A stretch of DNA of 64,000 nt from Promethearchaeia archaeon (GTDB taxonomy: Archaea > Asgardarchaeota > Lokiarchaeia > Sigyniarchaeales > SOKP01), in assembly GCA_029856125.1 (NCBI GenBank), contig JAHQWJ010000080.1:64001-128000 (forward strand). The letters run 5' to 3'. Made by a program: the position numbers and the translations under genes. Each line of letters opens with the position of its first letter. The first letter of the stretch is position 1. This document shows, one piece after another, positions 44,040-54,619 of the stretch. The notes under the pieces were generated by a model. The model worked only from the letters and a program-made list of their open reading frames with translations, searched no databases and was not told the origin of the DNA.

Positions 44040-45641
44040 ATGGCACAGTTATCTGGGGTACCTATCCTAATCTTAAAAGAAGGTGCAGAAAGAAAACAAG
44101 GAAAGGATGCCCAAAGAAATAATATAGCTGCAGCTAAAGCGGTAGCAGAAGCTGTAAGAACCACCCTAGGCCCAAAAGGAATGGATAAAATGCTCGTTGA
44201 TTCACTAGGAGATGTTACAATTACAAACGACGGAGCAACGATTCTTGATACAATTGATGTCGAACATCCCGCCGCAAAAATGATTGTAGAGGTTGCTAAA
44301 ACGCAAGATGATAAAGTTGGAGATGGAACAACCACAAGCGTAATCATCGCTGGAGAATTATTAAATCTTGCTGAAGAACTAATAGAACAAGGTGTACACC
44401 CATCCATTATTTTCAGAGGTTATCGAAAAGCTTTAGTAAAAGCTAAGCAAATATTACAAGATTTAGCAATAAAAGTTGAGAGCAATGACACTCAAACCCT
44501 AATAAAAGTAGCAGAGACCTCAATGAATAGCAAATTGATTGCGGGTGTTAAAAATCATTTTGCTGATATCGCAGTTAGAGCTGTAAGTCAAGTTAAAGAG
44601 GAAAGAGGCGGAAATATATTAATAGATTTAGATCAAATTCAAATTATCAAAAAAGCGGGAAAAAGCTTACTAGATACAAATTTGATCGAGGGGATCATTG
44701 TAGATAAAGAAATCGTACATCCTATGATGCCAAAATCTCTTAGAAACGCGAAGATTGCATTAATCAGCTCTTCTCTTGAGGTGGAAAAAACTGAATTTGA
44801 TGCTGAAATTAGAATACAAACACCTGATCAAATAAATAAGTTCCTCGAAGAAGAATCTAATATGTTAAAGTCTCGAGTAAATAAACTTAAGGATGTGGGT
44901 GCAAATGTTGTTTTTTGTCAGAAAGGCATTGACGACAAAGCTCAAAACTATCTCGCTCAAGAAAATATTATTACCATACGTAGAGTGAAACGTTCTGATA
45001 TGGAAAAACTTGCTCGAGCTACAAATGCAAAAATAATAAACAATATATTTGAAGTTACAAGCGACGATTTAGGAAAGGCTGGGAAAGTAGAAGAAAAGAA
45101 AATTGGTGATGATAATATGATTTTCGTTTCAGAATGTACCAATCCTAAAGCAGTTAGTATTTTAATAAGAGCAGGCATTGAACATGTAGTAGATGAGGCA
45201 GAAAGAATGCTTCATGATGCATTATCTGTAGTAAGGGCGGCGATTGAAAACCCATATATATTACCCGGTGGCGGTGCTTCTGAAATCGAGCTCGCTAAGC
45301 GTTTGAGGCCTTATGCACAGTCAATTGGTGGAAGAGAACAATTAGCAATCGAAGTTTATGCTAACGCCTTGGAAATTATCCCGAAAACTTTGGTTGAAAA
45401 TGCGGGTTATAACCCTGTTGATTTGATAGTTGAATTACGCTCAAAACACGAATCAGAATCTGGAAACTCATATGGAATAAATATGCGTTTAGGGAAACCG
45501 GATAATATGGAAAACCTGGGTATTATCGAGCCATTGATGATATTATCTCAAGCTATTCAATCAGCTACAGAAGTAGCTTCAATGATTTTAAAAATAGACG
45601 ATGTAATTGCTGCTTCCGGACTTTCAAAGGGTCACGATTAA
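44040..45641 (+). CDS. ths: Thermosome (group II chaperonin) subunit
   Basis: [37 protein letters not shown]. Confidence 0.97.
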   Translation: MAQLSGVPILILKEGAERKQGKDAQRNNIAAAKAVAEAVRTTLGPKGMDKMLVDSLGDVTITNDGATILDTIDVEHPAAKMIVEVAKTQDDKVGDGTTTSVIIAGELLNLAEELIEQGVHPSIIFRGYRKALVKAKQILQDLAIKVESNDTQTLIKVAETSMNSKLIAGVKNHFADIAVRAVSQVKEERGGNILIDLDQIQIIKKAGKSLLDTNLIEGIIVDKEIVHPMMPKSLRNAKIALISSSLEVEKTEFDAEIRIQTPDQINKFLEEESNMLKSRVNKLKDVGANVVFCQKGIDDKAQNYLAQENIITIRRVKRSDMEKLARATNAKIINNIFEVTSDDLGKAGKVEEKKIGDDNMIFVSECTNPKAVSILIRAGIEHVVDEAERMLHDALSVVRAAIENPYILPGGGASEIELAKRLRPYAQSIGGREQLAIEVYANALEIIPKTLVENAGYNPVDLIVELRSKHESESGNSYGINMRLGKPDNMENLGIIEPLMILSQAIQSATEVASMILKIDDVIAASGLSKGHD

Positions 45642-45693
45642 TAATCAAATTTCTTTTTCTTATTCTTTTTTTTCTAAAATTTAAAAATATATA

Positions 45694-46155
45694 CTAAAAG
45701 TTGTTTATCCTCTTAAATTCAGCTCCCCAAGAGAATTTAGAGAGAATTAGATCGGCATATTCACTATAATTTGTAATATACAATGCTGCTGCCAACGCCT
45801 CAGCTGAACTTAATTTTTCCCACTTACCATAATTTACAGGATTTGACGCGATTAAAGAAGGTAATTTCCTGCTATTCCGTAAATTGATATTTTTAAGATC
45901 AAAAATTTTTTTCCAAGAGCAATCTACAACCATAAGCCCATAGTTTTCAACAATAGTTCGATCGTTAATGTTTATGGCTTTTTTGGATAGAGGATTAAGA
46001 ATAAGAGAATTACGGCTTTTTCCTTTAATGTCAGAAACAATTTCTAAAATACCGAATTTCTTTAATTTTAGAGCTGTGCACTTTTTTCTGTCACACTCAT
46101 TAAGGTGAAGACACACTATCTTTGGAATGGAATCCTTTGAACTCTGTTTAGTCAT
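45694..46155 (-). CDS. tsr3: 16S rRNA aminocarboxypropyltransferase Tsr3
   Basis: CDRKKCT, DCSW, LPSLIASNPVNYG, LSSAEA, FSWG. Confidence 0.93.
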   Translation of the reverse strand: MTKQSSKDSIPKIVCLHLNECDRKKCTALKLKKFGILEIVSDIKGKSRNSLILNPLSKKAININDRTIVENYGLMVVDCSWKKIFDLKNINLRNSRKLPSLIASNPVNYGKWEKLSSAEALAAALYITNYSEYADLILSKFSWGAEFKRINNF

Positions 46156-47146
46156 ACTTGAAACTTGTAAGGACGTTAACTGACTTAATAAAATTATCAG
46201 TGATTTTTTCTGAGCCTATTATTTTCATTATAGAAAATATTATGTTCCTTGATTCACACATAATTGGAATACCTCCATATGAAAGTGTAAACAACGCTAC
46301 AAAAGATATTTCTTCAGCATTGAGAGTTCCTTCTACTTCTGAAAATTTCAATCTTCCGGAAGGACTAGTTATAATACCGAAGAAATTCTCAGGATCTTGC
46401 CCAGATATCGCAATATAACATAATAAATCTCCGATCGAGCTTCCTTCAGATTCCTCTTTCATTTTCTGAAAAGCAACATTAGCACTTGCAGAAAAGGCTT
46501 CTACAGAAATCTCTAGCTTCTGACCACTAACTTCTCTTGCATCTAAAGTTAACCCTGTTGGACTCACTAGACTGTATCTTATAAAAATAGGATTCTGAAT
46601 CGAATCCAGAATGTAACTTATCGCGGGTAAGAGGTTAGTCTGGTCAAATTTTTCTGGTGCATAAGAAATGAAAGGAACTTCAGATCCCATACCAAAGAGG
46701 TAAACTGCACTTCGTACTTTGTTTGAAAATTCTTCAAAATCTCTATCTGTTTCATTATTATTACCAAAAAACTCTCCAAGTTTTTGTTTTATATAATACA
46801 TAGAGCTTGCTAGATTATCAGCATCTAAAGGCCATTCTTTCCGATAATCGTGAACTATAGTTAGCAGAGTTTCATTAATCCTAATTGTTATTAAACAAAC
46901 TTTGTCAAAAAATGTAAAGGAAATAACTTGATCTTTAATATTTAGGTCTTCCCAACTTTCTTCGCTTGCTGAGAACGCTGCTGAAGCCAAACTTGTAATT
47001 TGGTTAGGATTAATCTCAATCTCGCTTTTTCTCCCAATTTTTGCGATAGAAAGCCCATTTAAATCACAAAGTATCACTAAAATTGTACCTTGAGATGCCC
47101 TTAAGATTGAAGTTAAATACTTTATTAAAGAATCTCTCACACTCAT
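46148..47146 (-). CDS. Tandem roadblock-like protein
   Basis: LCDLNGLSIA...ITSLASA and LVSPTGLTL...FSASAN repeats. Confidence 0.7.
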   Translation of the reverse strand: MSVRDSLIKYLTSILRASQGTILVILCDLNGLSIAKIGRKSEIEINPNQITSLASAAFSASEESWEDLNIKDQVISFTFFDKVCLITIRINETLLTIVHDYRKEWPLDADNLASSMYYIKQKLGEFFGNNNETDRDFEEFSNKVRSAVYLFGMGSEVPFISYAPEKFDQTNLLPAISYILDSIQNPIFIRYSLVSPTGLTLDAREVSGQKLEISVEAFSASANVAFQKMKEESEGSSIGDLLCYIAISGQDPENFFGIITSPSGRLKFSEVEGTLNAEEISFVALFTLSYGGIPIMCESRNIIFSIMKIIGSEKITDNFIKSVNVLTSFKYD

Positions 47147-47341
47147 AAAAAAACCATACCTTTTCTATCTTTCCCATTTATTCTTTCTGCTTTAATAACA
47201 ATAATATTAATTCTTAAATATTTCTCATTTTTAATTTTATCCATCAATCTTTTCTCAAATAAATTACCGAAATGAACTAAAAAATTTATTTAATGTTTCC
47301 CACTTTTAATACTAAAATCATTACATTTTTTTTCTCTGAAA

Positions 47342-47426
47342 GCGGGAGTTGCCAAGTCTGGTCTACGGCGCTGGACTTAGAATCCAGTCTCAGAGGAGTT
47401 CGGGGGTTCAAATCCCTCCTCCCGCA
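47342..47426 (+). tRNA. tRNA-Leu(TAG) copy 1
   Basis: 85-nt cloverleaf, CTGGA-CTTAGAA-TCCAG, long variable arm. Confidence 0.95.
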
Positions 47427-47542
47427 TTTAATTTATTGAATTTCAGATAATTTTTTATTTATGTTAGACTCTTTCGCTAAGTGTTTGTGATCAATAAAAG
47501 TAAGAAAAAATAGAAATTGAAAGTTAAAAAGGTATTTACTTC

Positions 47543-48211
47543 CTAGCTTCCTTCTTGATGACCATCTATCTCGTTTTTACTGATATCTTTACTTTCTATC
47601 TCATCTAAGTTTTTCCTAACTGTAATCATACTCTCGCCTAAATCATTAGCAACGTCTTGGATAGTTCTGCCTAAATCGTAATACTGTGTTTTTATCCATT
47701 CCAGTTTTCCCTCGTGAGTATTTCCTATAATTAACTGCGTTTTCTTCAATCTTACTTTTCTTGCTTTACTAGACAGCAGTTCATCATCGATTTCTTGTAA
47801 TTTTCCTGATCTTCTAGTTTTTAGCAATTTTGAAGATTTAAGATTTTCTGATCTTTTAACTTCTATTTTTCGTTCTAAATATTCCAATTTCTCTAATGCT
47901 TCATCTCTAATTGTATTCTCGGCTCCACACTTAGCACAAATTATTTCTTCTAATTTAATTACTGCTCCACACGTTCTACAGTTATAAATCTTCTTGTACA
48001 ATACATGCTTCCTTTTTTGGATGATTGACACTGCAAATAGTGTTCCCATTATAAGTAAAAAGATTAGAAATGCAATTACAGGTATTATTGTTAAGAGCTC
48101 TTTAGATCCTCCTGTTAAGTATAAAATATCATCTAATCCCCATATAAGAAAGAATAACCCTACTGCTAAAAATAATAAACCTCTCAATATGAGCTTAAAT
48201 TCTGGTTTCAT
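47543..48211 (-). CDS. Membrane protein with 2 TM, double-CxxC Zn ribbon and C-terminal HTH (copy A)
   Basis: CRTCG...CAKCG; RTIQDVANDLGESMITVRKNL; start set at MKPEF by comparison with the paralog. Confidence 0.8.
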   Translation of the reverse strand: MKPEFKLILRGLLFLAVGLFFLIWGLDDILYLTGGSKELLTIIPVIAFLIFLLIMGTLFAVSIIQKRKHVLYKKIYNCRTCGAVIKLEEIICAKCGAENTIRDEALEKLEYLERKIEVKRSENLKSSKLLKTRRSGKLQEIDDELLSSKARKVRLKKTQLIIGNTHEGKLEWIKTQYYDLGRTIQDVANDLGESMITVRKNLDEIESKDISKNEIDGHQEGS

Positions 48212-48412
48212 TCTATTTAACGCCACGTTTATTTTAAGTCATTTTGCAATAATAACCCCTATTACTTAAAAAGTTCGTTATCAGCGCCATAGATAGTATT
48301 AAATACTGAATCTTTAGCAGAGTCAAATTATTTGAGTTTGAGTTGATTTCTAATAATTCTCAATCTTTCCCTCTTTAAATACTAAAACAATTACAATATT
48401 TGTCAGTTTAAT

Positions 48413-48497
48413 GCGGGAATTGCCAAGTCTGGTCTACGGCGCTGGACTTAGAATCCAGTCTCAGAGGAGTTCGAGGGTTCAAATCCCTCTTCCCGCA
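48413..48497 (+). tRNA. tRNA-Leu(TAG) copy 2
   Basis: Full cloverleaf, acceptor GCGGGAA/TTCCCGC. Confidence 0.93.
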
Positions 48498-48607
48498 TTT
48501 AGTTTATTGAATTTAAGATAATTTTTTATTTATGTTAGACTCTCTTTCTAATTGTTTGAGATCAATAAAAGTTAAAAAAATTAGAAATTGAAAATAAAAA
48601 AAGGTAT

Positions 48608-50974
48608 TTACTTCTTAAACTTCCTTTTGGTAAGGATTAGAGTTACTGCCAAAGTTACTCCAATAAGAGCGATTATATTAAATCCGGGGATTTCTGGTTG
48701 AGAAGGAATACTTTTTATAACAATTACTTCTTTGCTCCCAATATTACCGGCTCCATCTTCAGCGTTAAAAGTAATAGAAATCTCTCCCTGAGGAACACTA
48801 TCCCAACCCCCTTGATCTATTGTACCGTTTAAACTAGTAAATGTAAAACTTCCTGCAACTCCTTCTATTGTGTACCAAGTAGAGACTAAATTCTCTTCAA
48901 TAATTGAAATATTAAACTCTGGGGATGTGCTTCCGAATGTAACATCTTGAATTGGGGAGTTTATTACGATATTTGGAGCAATTAAATCTTTCAAAATATC
49001 GACATCCTTGAAACCAACATATCCTAAAGAGTCGTTAGCGTAAAATCTCAAAGTAATTATCTCAGTTCCTTTAGTCTCCCATACTATCTGATTCAGAGTT
49101 CCAGTTAATCCCGAAGAAGTATAATTTGTTAATCCTCCATCTATTGTATACCAAGTAGCATTTATTGGAGAAAGATCATTAACAGTAATATTAAAATCAG
49201 GGGCACTAAATCCGATTACTTCGTTCAAAGTTGGTGAATTAATTGTAATCTGTGGTGTATCATAAGATTTCATCACTTGTACAGTTTCAGAGCCAATGAA
49301 TCCTCTTGAATCGTTCACATAAAAGGTTAAATCTATTTGTCCAACCCCCGCTTCATTCCATTCTATTGAATCGATTACACCGCTCAACCCGATAAAGGTA
49401 ATATTAGTATTACCGTTATCAAATGTATACCAGGAGCTATTTATCATTCCTCTACTTACTGAAATACTAAAACTGGGACTTGATTCAAATGTATCGTCTT
49501 GATTTGGAGAGTTAATCAATATCTGCGGTGAATCCCACCAAATTGGCAAAAAATCGTAATCTCCCGAATGAACATTAAATGGTGTATCACCAATTCCATC
49601 CTCGTTCGCATCCACACCTGAATAAGATGACCAGTAATTTCCAATAGAAGAACTATTCCATTCATTAAATCCACCCGAGTCTCTTCCCGGGGAAAGTGAT
49701 GCATAAATAAAATAATTTGCAAAAATCAAATTATTATTTCCAGTAACATAAATTTCAGAGCCATAAGGACCACCTGCATCATCCTTAAAAATATTATGTG
49801 AAATATTGTTAAAACTTGATGAACCCATGGTAATTCCGTATGCTCCATTATGATGAACTTCATTATTTGAAATGTTGTTATAATTTGATGAACCAAGACC
49901 GACTCCAGTGCCCCCATTATTATGAATTATATTATTTAATACCTTGTTATAGTTTGTAGTTGCGACCCCACCATTTAGGAAAAAACCAGAACCAGCATTA
50001 AAACTAATTGTATTATTCAAGAACATTACATAGCTACTACTGGCAATAGTCACACCAGTATTATCATTATATGATACGGTGTTACCTATCATTACACTAT
50101 AATCACACCGTACCAAATTAAATGCGTAAAGTTCCCCGTAATTTATGGTATTATTTACAATTTTAACATAATCAGAATCTAATACGTACAATCCAATTCC
50201 TCCGTCTCTACTCTCAATAATCGTATTTCTAAAGATTTTCGAATCGGCGCCATCGTCTATCCTTATGCCATACAAATTTTCTTTTAGTAAATTGTCAGTA
50301 ATAGTATGATTAACACCTTTAAGGTCCATTCCATAAGTATTTGATATCATTGTATTATTATAAATTGTAATATTTTTAGTAGGATTGATAGATGATATAG
50401 ATTGTACTGCATGATTTCCATTCTTTATAATATTTTTAGAAACGGTATTGTAGAAACTATTCGCATAAAAATATATACCAATATTAAAATAACCAAGAAT
50501 GGTATTATTTAGAATTAGGTTGTTATCTGAATTATCTAACCGCACGCCGTGCCAATTATCGTATAGTGTGTTATTCTCAATTGTTCCGTTCCCAACACCT
50601 ATCAAACTGATACCTGCATTTCCAAAGCTACTTCCTGTATTCCAAATTGTACAATTTCTGATTTCAAAATATACATCAGAATTTTGTATAATAATACCGC
50701 TTCCTGAGCCTCCCGCATCAATGATCAAATCGCTTATAATGTATGGGGAGATGGAAATTCCCGCTCCAGTGCAGTTTCCTTCAGCGTAAAAGGATGCCCA
50801 ACCAGTATTACCAATTATTTGAAACGGCGGTGAAATTTTACTATTTTTTGGATATTTAACCATCATAGTATCTGAATTAAATTTATCACTTAATTGCAAA
50901 TTGAACGTCAAACTTAAGCTTAGAAATATTATGAAAGCAAAAATTAAGTAATGATTGTGATTCTCTCTTCTCAT
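48608..50974 (-). CDS. Surface protein: NosD/right-handed beta-helix, 3 Ig-like repeats, Loki-CTERM-type anchor
   Basis: Signal peptide, PbH1 repeats, GNYWS.Y.G.D...DGIGD.P, P.I.INSP...WYT.D repeats, IPGF-TM-KRKFKK. Confidence 0.85.
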   Translation of the reverse strand: MRRENHNHYLIFAFIIFLSLSLTFNLQLSDKFNSDTMMVKYPKNSKISPPFQIIGNTGWASFYAEGNCTGAGISISPYIISDLIIDAGGSGSGIIIQNSDVYFEIRNCTIWNTGSSFGNAGISLIGVGNGTIENNTLYDNWHGVRLDNSDNNLILNNTILGYFNIGIYFYANSFYNTVSKNIIKNGNHAVQSISSINPTKNITIYNNTMISNTYGMDLKGVNHTITDNLLKENLYGIRIDDGADSKIFRNTIIESRDGGIGLYVLDSDYVKIVNNTINYGELYAFNLVRCDYSVMIGNTVSYNDNTGVTIASSSYVMFLNNTISFNAGSGFFLNGGVATTNYNKVLNNIIHNNGGTGVGLGSSNYNNISNNEVHHNGAYGITMGSSSFNNISHNIFKDDAGGPYGSEIYVTGNNNLIFANYFIYASLSPGRDSGGFNEWNSSSIGNYWSSYSGVDANEDGIGDTPFNVHSGDYDFLPIWWDSPQILINSPNQDDTFESSPSFSISVSRGMINSSWYTFDNGNTNITFIGLSGVIDSIEWNEAGVGQIDLTFYVNDSRGFIGSETVQVMKSYDTPQITINSPTLNEVIGFSAPDFNITVNDLSPINATWYTIDGGLTNYTSSGLTGTLNQIVWETKGTEIITLRFYANDSLGYVGFKDVDILKDLIAPNIVINSPIQDVTFGSTSPEFNISIIEENLVSTWYTIEGVAGSFTFTSLNGTIDQGGWDSVPQGEISITFNAEDGAGNIGSKEVIVIKSIPSQPEIPGFNIIALIGVTLAVTLILTKRKFKK

Positions 50975-51278
50975 TTTAATCCTCTGGACTTTTAGTTATT
51001 GTTGTTAGCTTCACTTTTAAAATCTGTGGTTTTAATGAAATATTTAAAATTTACTAAATACACCGCATTACTTTTTAAAACTTTTACGAAAATACATCAA
51101 TTATTATCGTTCCCCCTCCAGAAATTTCTCACATAACAAAATTTAACATCCCTCTTCCCGCATTTAATTTATTGAATTTCAGATAATTTTTTATTTATGT
51201 TAGACTCTTTCGCTAAGTGTTTGTGATCAATAAAAGTAAGAAAAAATAGAAATTGAAAGTTAAAAAGGTATTTACTTC

Positions 51279-51947
51279 CTAGCTTCCTTCTTGATGACCA
51301 TCTATCTCGTTTTTACTGATATCTTTACTTTCTATCTCATCTAAGTTTTTCCTAACGGTAATCATACTCTCATCTAAATCATCAGCAATATCTTGGATAG
51401 TTCTGCCTAAATCGTAATACTGTGTTTTTATCCATTCCAGTTTTCCCTCGTGAGTATTTCCTATAATTAACTGCGTTTTCTTCAAACTTACTTTTCTTGC
51501 TTTACTAGACAGCAGTTCGTCATTTAAATCTTGCAATTTTTCTGATCTTCTAGTTTTTAGCATTTTTGAAGATTTAAGATTTTCTGATCTTTTAACTTCT
51601 ATTTTTCGTTCTAAATCTTCCAATTTATCTAACGCTTCGGATCTAATTGTGTTCTCGGCTCCACACTTGGCGCAGATTTTTTCTTCCATTTTAATTAACG
51701 CTCCACACGCCGTACAGTTAATGATCTTCTTGTACAATATATTCCTGCGTCTACTGATGATTACCGCTACACCCACTATTCCAAATATTAAAAAATAAAT
51801 AATTGTCACAATTGTAACTATAACTATTAAATCCTCTATAGTACCTCCTGTTAAGTATAAAATACCATCTAATCCCCATATAAGAAAGAATAACCCTGCT
51901 GCTAAAAATAATAAACCTCTCAATATGAGCTTAAATTCTGGTTTCAT
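51279..51947 (-). CDS. Membrane Zn-ribbon/HTH protein (copy A')
   Basis: Paralog of 47543..48211. Confidence 0.8.
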   Translation of the reverse strand: MKPEFKLILRGLLFLAAGLFFLIWGLDGILYLTGGTIEDLIVIVTIVTIIYFLIFGIVGVAVIISRRRNILYKKIINCTACGALIKMEEKICAKCGAENTIRSEALDKLEDLERKIEVKRSENLKSSKMLKTRRSEKLQDLNDELLSSKARKVSLKKTQLIIGNTHEGKLEWIKTQYYDLGRTIQDIADDLDESMITVRKNLDEIESKDISKNEIDGHQEGS

Positions 51948-52149
51948 TCTATTTAGCGCCCCATTTAATTTAAGTCATTTTGCAATAATAAACCCCTATT
52001 ACTTAAAAAGTTCGTTATCAGCGCCATAGATAGTATTAAATTCTGAATCTTTAGCAGAGTCAACTTGTTTGAGTTTGAGTTGATTTCTAATAATTCTCAA
52101 TCTTTCCAACTTTAAATACTAAATCAATTACAATATTTGTTATCTTAAT

Positions 52150-52234
52150 GCGGGAATTGCCAAGTCTGGTCTACGGCGCTGGACTTAGAATCCAGTCTCA
52201 GAGGAGTTCGAGGGTTCAAATCCCTCTTCCCGCA
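52150..52234 (+). tRNA. tRNA-Leu(TAG) copy 3
   Basis: Same sequence as copy 2. Confidence 0.93.
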
Positions 52235-52395
52235 TTTAATTCACGATGATAAACATAGTATATTTTTAATAAGGTAATCATTTCTAATTCTATTATAAAA
52301 AAATTTAAAATCTAACAATAATTAGAAAGTTATATTTAGAATCGTTTTTATTCAATTCTAAGAATCAGTTTGATATAAATTTAAAATATTAGTAA

Positions 52396-52497
52396 GCTCT
52401 CGTAGTGTAGTCCGGCCAATCTTTCCTAAAAGGAAAGGGCTTGGCATGCTAGGCTTTCACCCTGGTGACCCGGGTTCGAATCCCGGCGAGAGCACCA
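52396..52497 (+). tRNA. tRNA-Glu(TTC) with 24-nt D-loop intron (52420-52443), encoded CCA
   Basis: BHB-like GGCC-AAT-CTTTCCT / AGGAAAG-GGCT-TGG; anticodon loop CTTTCAC. Confidence 0.9.
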
Positions 52498-52533
52498 CTA
52501 GAAATTAGTGTAAAGCATTGGAAAATTACCAAA

Positions 52534-52641
52534 GCCTCGATAGCTCAGCTAGGTAGAGCACCCGGCTGTTAACCGGGCGGTCGCATGTTCGATTTCCCAT
52601 CGAAAAATCCTCTTCGTGGGACGAAAACCATGCTCGGGGCG
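52534..52641 (+). tRNA. tRNA-Asn(GTT) with 34-nt T-loop intron (59/60; 52594-52627)
   Basis: BHB TTCG-ATT-TCCCA / TGGGA-CGAA-AAC; anticodon loop CTGTTAA. Confidence 0.92.
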
Positions 52642-52737
52642 TACTTCCTTATCTTTTTTAGAGACATAGCCCTTTCCAATCTCTAATTTCAACGGGGGCT
52701 TTAATTAGTTTTCTTTATTTTATTTCGGGAAGAGAAT

Positions 52738-53661
52738 TTATTTGTATATATATGGATAATTCTTTTTTGATTCTTCTTTTCCTTTTTCCGTTAAGAGTAT
52801 TGTTCTATTATTGTGTTCACCGTCTATTGAGATCAATCCCTTTGCAATTAACTTCTGAATATTTTTTCTAGTATTTCGTGTATTTACTCCTACATTTTCA
52901 GCTAGAATTTTAGTCTGCACCCTTTTTCCCTCATCTATAAGTTTATTAATTTGATATAGATATTTCTTCCATGCTTCTCTATAAGCAGTTTTATATTCTC
53001 TACTCTCTTGCAAGTCTTTTGTTTGAAGTTTGATTTCTAATTCTTGGGCAATTTTCAATACTTTCTTATATAAATTTTTCTGAGTTTTAAATTTATAATT
53101 TTTTAAATATTCCAATTCCCTTATGATTAAATGTAAAATTTGAATAATTCTTGAGTTATATTCCGCTATTGGCGTTCCTTCTAAGTTTAAGTATTCATCA
53201 ATTTTGAATTCTAATATACTTTTATTAGATTTTAAATTTTTAATATGATAAGAGACGAATTTAATTTTGTTGATTTCAAAATCAATATCAAGTTCATAAG
53301 ATATTTCGAAATCAGTAGCAATGAATTCTTCTTCCTCCTCCAAAAATTCGCTATCATCCTCAACATAAAATATATATTTACGTAATTTAGAGATAATAAA
53401 ATTAATACTTAATTTTTTAGAATTATATCTATAAGAAATGTCTTTGTAGGCTCCCAAATTTATAGTATTTCAATTCAATAAAAGAGGTGCTTTTAGGTTC
53501 GATGTAACCGTCTGTTTTAATAATAGTAAAAATCTAAATAAATTACTCTTTCCACTATTATTTGGTCCCAAAATTATGTTTATTTTTTTAAAATTGAAAT
53601 TCAATTCTTTGAATGATTTAAAATTCATTACTGAGAGTTTTTTAATTTGCATTACAACCAC
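52738..53661 (-). pseudogene. AAA_15/OLD-like ATPase N-terminus fused to wHTH, interrupted by an in-frame TGA
   Basis: NFKSF, GPNNSGKS; ORFs 53470..53661 and 52738..53457 share a frame and read PLLLN*NTINLGAYKDI. Confidence 0.7.
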
Positions 53662-53887
53662 AGTTAGATTTCTTAAAATAATAAGATCGACTTATGTATT
53701 AAAATCATCTATTCCTTTAAATTTAAACTCATTTATGAAGACTTTGGATGTATTATTGCTTATGAAGATAAAAACTCTCTAAGAATTTTTTGATTATTTT
53801 CTATTAACAAAATTAACTTGATTTATTTAATAAACTGTTGAATACAATATACCGAAAAATTCACTAAAAATGAGAATTAAGTTAAAC

Positions 53888-54412
53888 CTAAGTTTGGTTT
53901 GCGTAAAAAATGAGCCATTTTGCTATAGCTTGAAACGATTCGTTGACGTTTATATTTTCTTTAGATGAGGTGAAAACGCATTGATTGCATTTAGCTTTTT
54001 GAGCGTAATCGTTTGCTATTTCGAAGTCAACTTCGTGATTAGGCAGGTCCCACTTCATCCCCATTAGTATAATTGGCACAAAACCTGCTTTTTGGCGAAT
54101 TATTTTCAACCATATTGGGATGTCTCTAAATGTGTCGTAATCCGTGATATCAAAACAAATTAGACCACCGCTTGCGCCTTTACAATAGTCTGGTAAAAGC
54201 TCTCGGAATCTTTTTTCTCCGGCAAAATCCCATAATTGCATTTTTACGGATTCGCCTGTGTCTAGTATTTCTGCCTTAGTATGAAACCCAGCGCCTATCG
54301 TCATTTTATAACCGTCTTCAAATTTACCCGTGCAATATCGAGTCACCATTGCGGTTTTTCCTACTCCGCCGGCTCCAGCAACGATCACCTTAAAAATCCA
54401 TGAACTCATCAT
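53888..54412 (-). CDS. Rab-like small GTPase
   Basis: FKVIVAGAGGVGKT, YKMTIG, LWDFAG, xKxD, TSSK...NV.E.F. Confidence 0.9.
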   Translation of the reverse strand: MMSSWIFKVIVAGAGGVGKTAMVTRYCTGKFEDGYKMTIGAGFHTKAEILDTGESVKMQLWDFAGEKRFRELLPDYCKGASGGLICFDITDYDTFRDIPIWLKIIRQKAGFVPIILMGMKWDLPNHEVDFEIANDYAQKAKCNQCVFTSSKENINVNESFQAIAKWLIFYANQT

Positions 54413-54619
54413 TTTTTATAGCATAAATCGTTTATTTTGAATCCTAAAAAGAATTTGTTTGTTTAACAATTTTAATCGCAATTACATTTTGTATAAAACT
54501 TCACATTTTTAAAATTATTTAAAACTAAAATAAAAAAAGGTTTTTATAAGATTTAGGTCTATTATTTTTTAGTATTGTTTTTTTATATGTTTTAATAATA
54601 AAGGTTGTGAAAAAAGAGT

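Larger units (their letters stand above)
47412..48497 (+). repeat. ~1.09-kb direct repeat copy 1 (tRNA 3' end - flank - gene - tRNA-Leu)
   Basis: Near-identical to 51148-52234 except for a central variable block. Confidence 0.9.
51148..52234 (+). repeat. ~1.09-kb direct repeat copy 2, beginning with a 15-bp tRNA-Leu 3' fragment (att-like)
   Basis: ATCCCTCTTCCCGCA at 51148-51162, then the same flank and paralog as 47412-48497. Confidence 0.9.

Noticed and set aside
52642-52737. SECIS for TGA readthrough of the AAA gene
   Set aside because: Only a short AGCCC/GGGCT stem; no AUGA/GA core seen; TGA aligns with Gly, not Cys.
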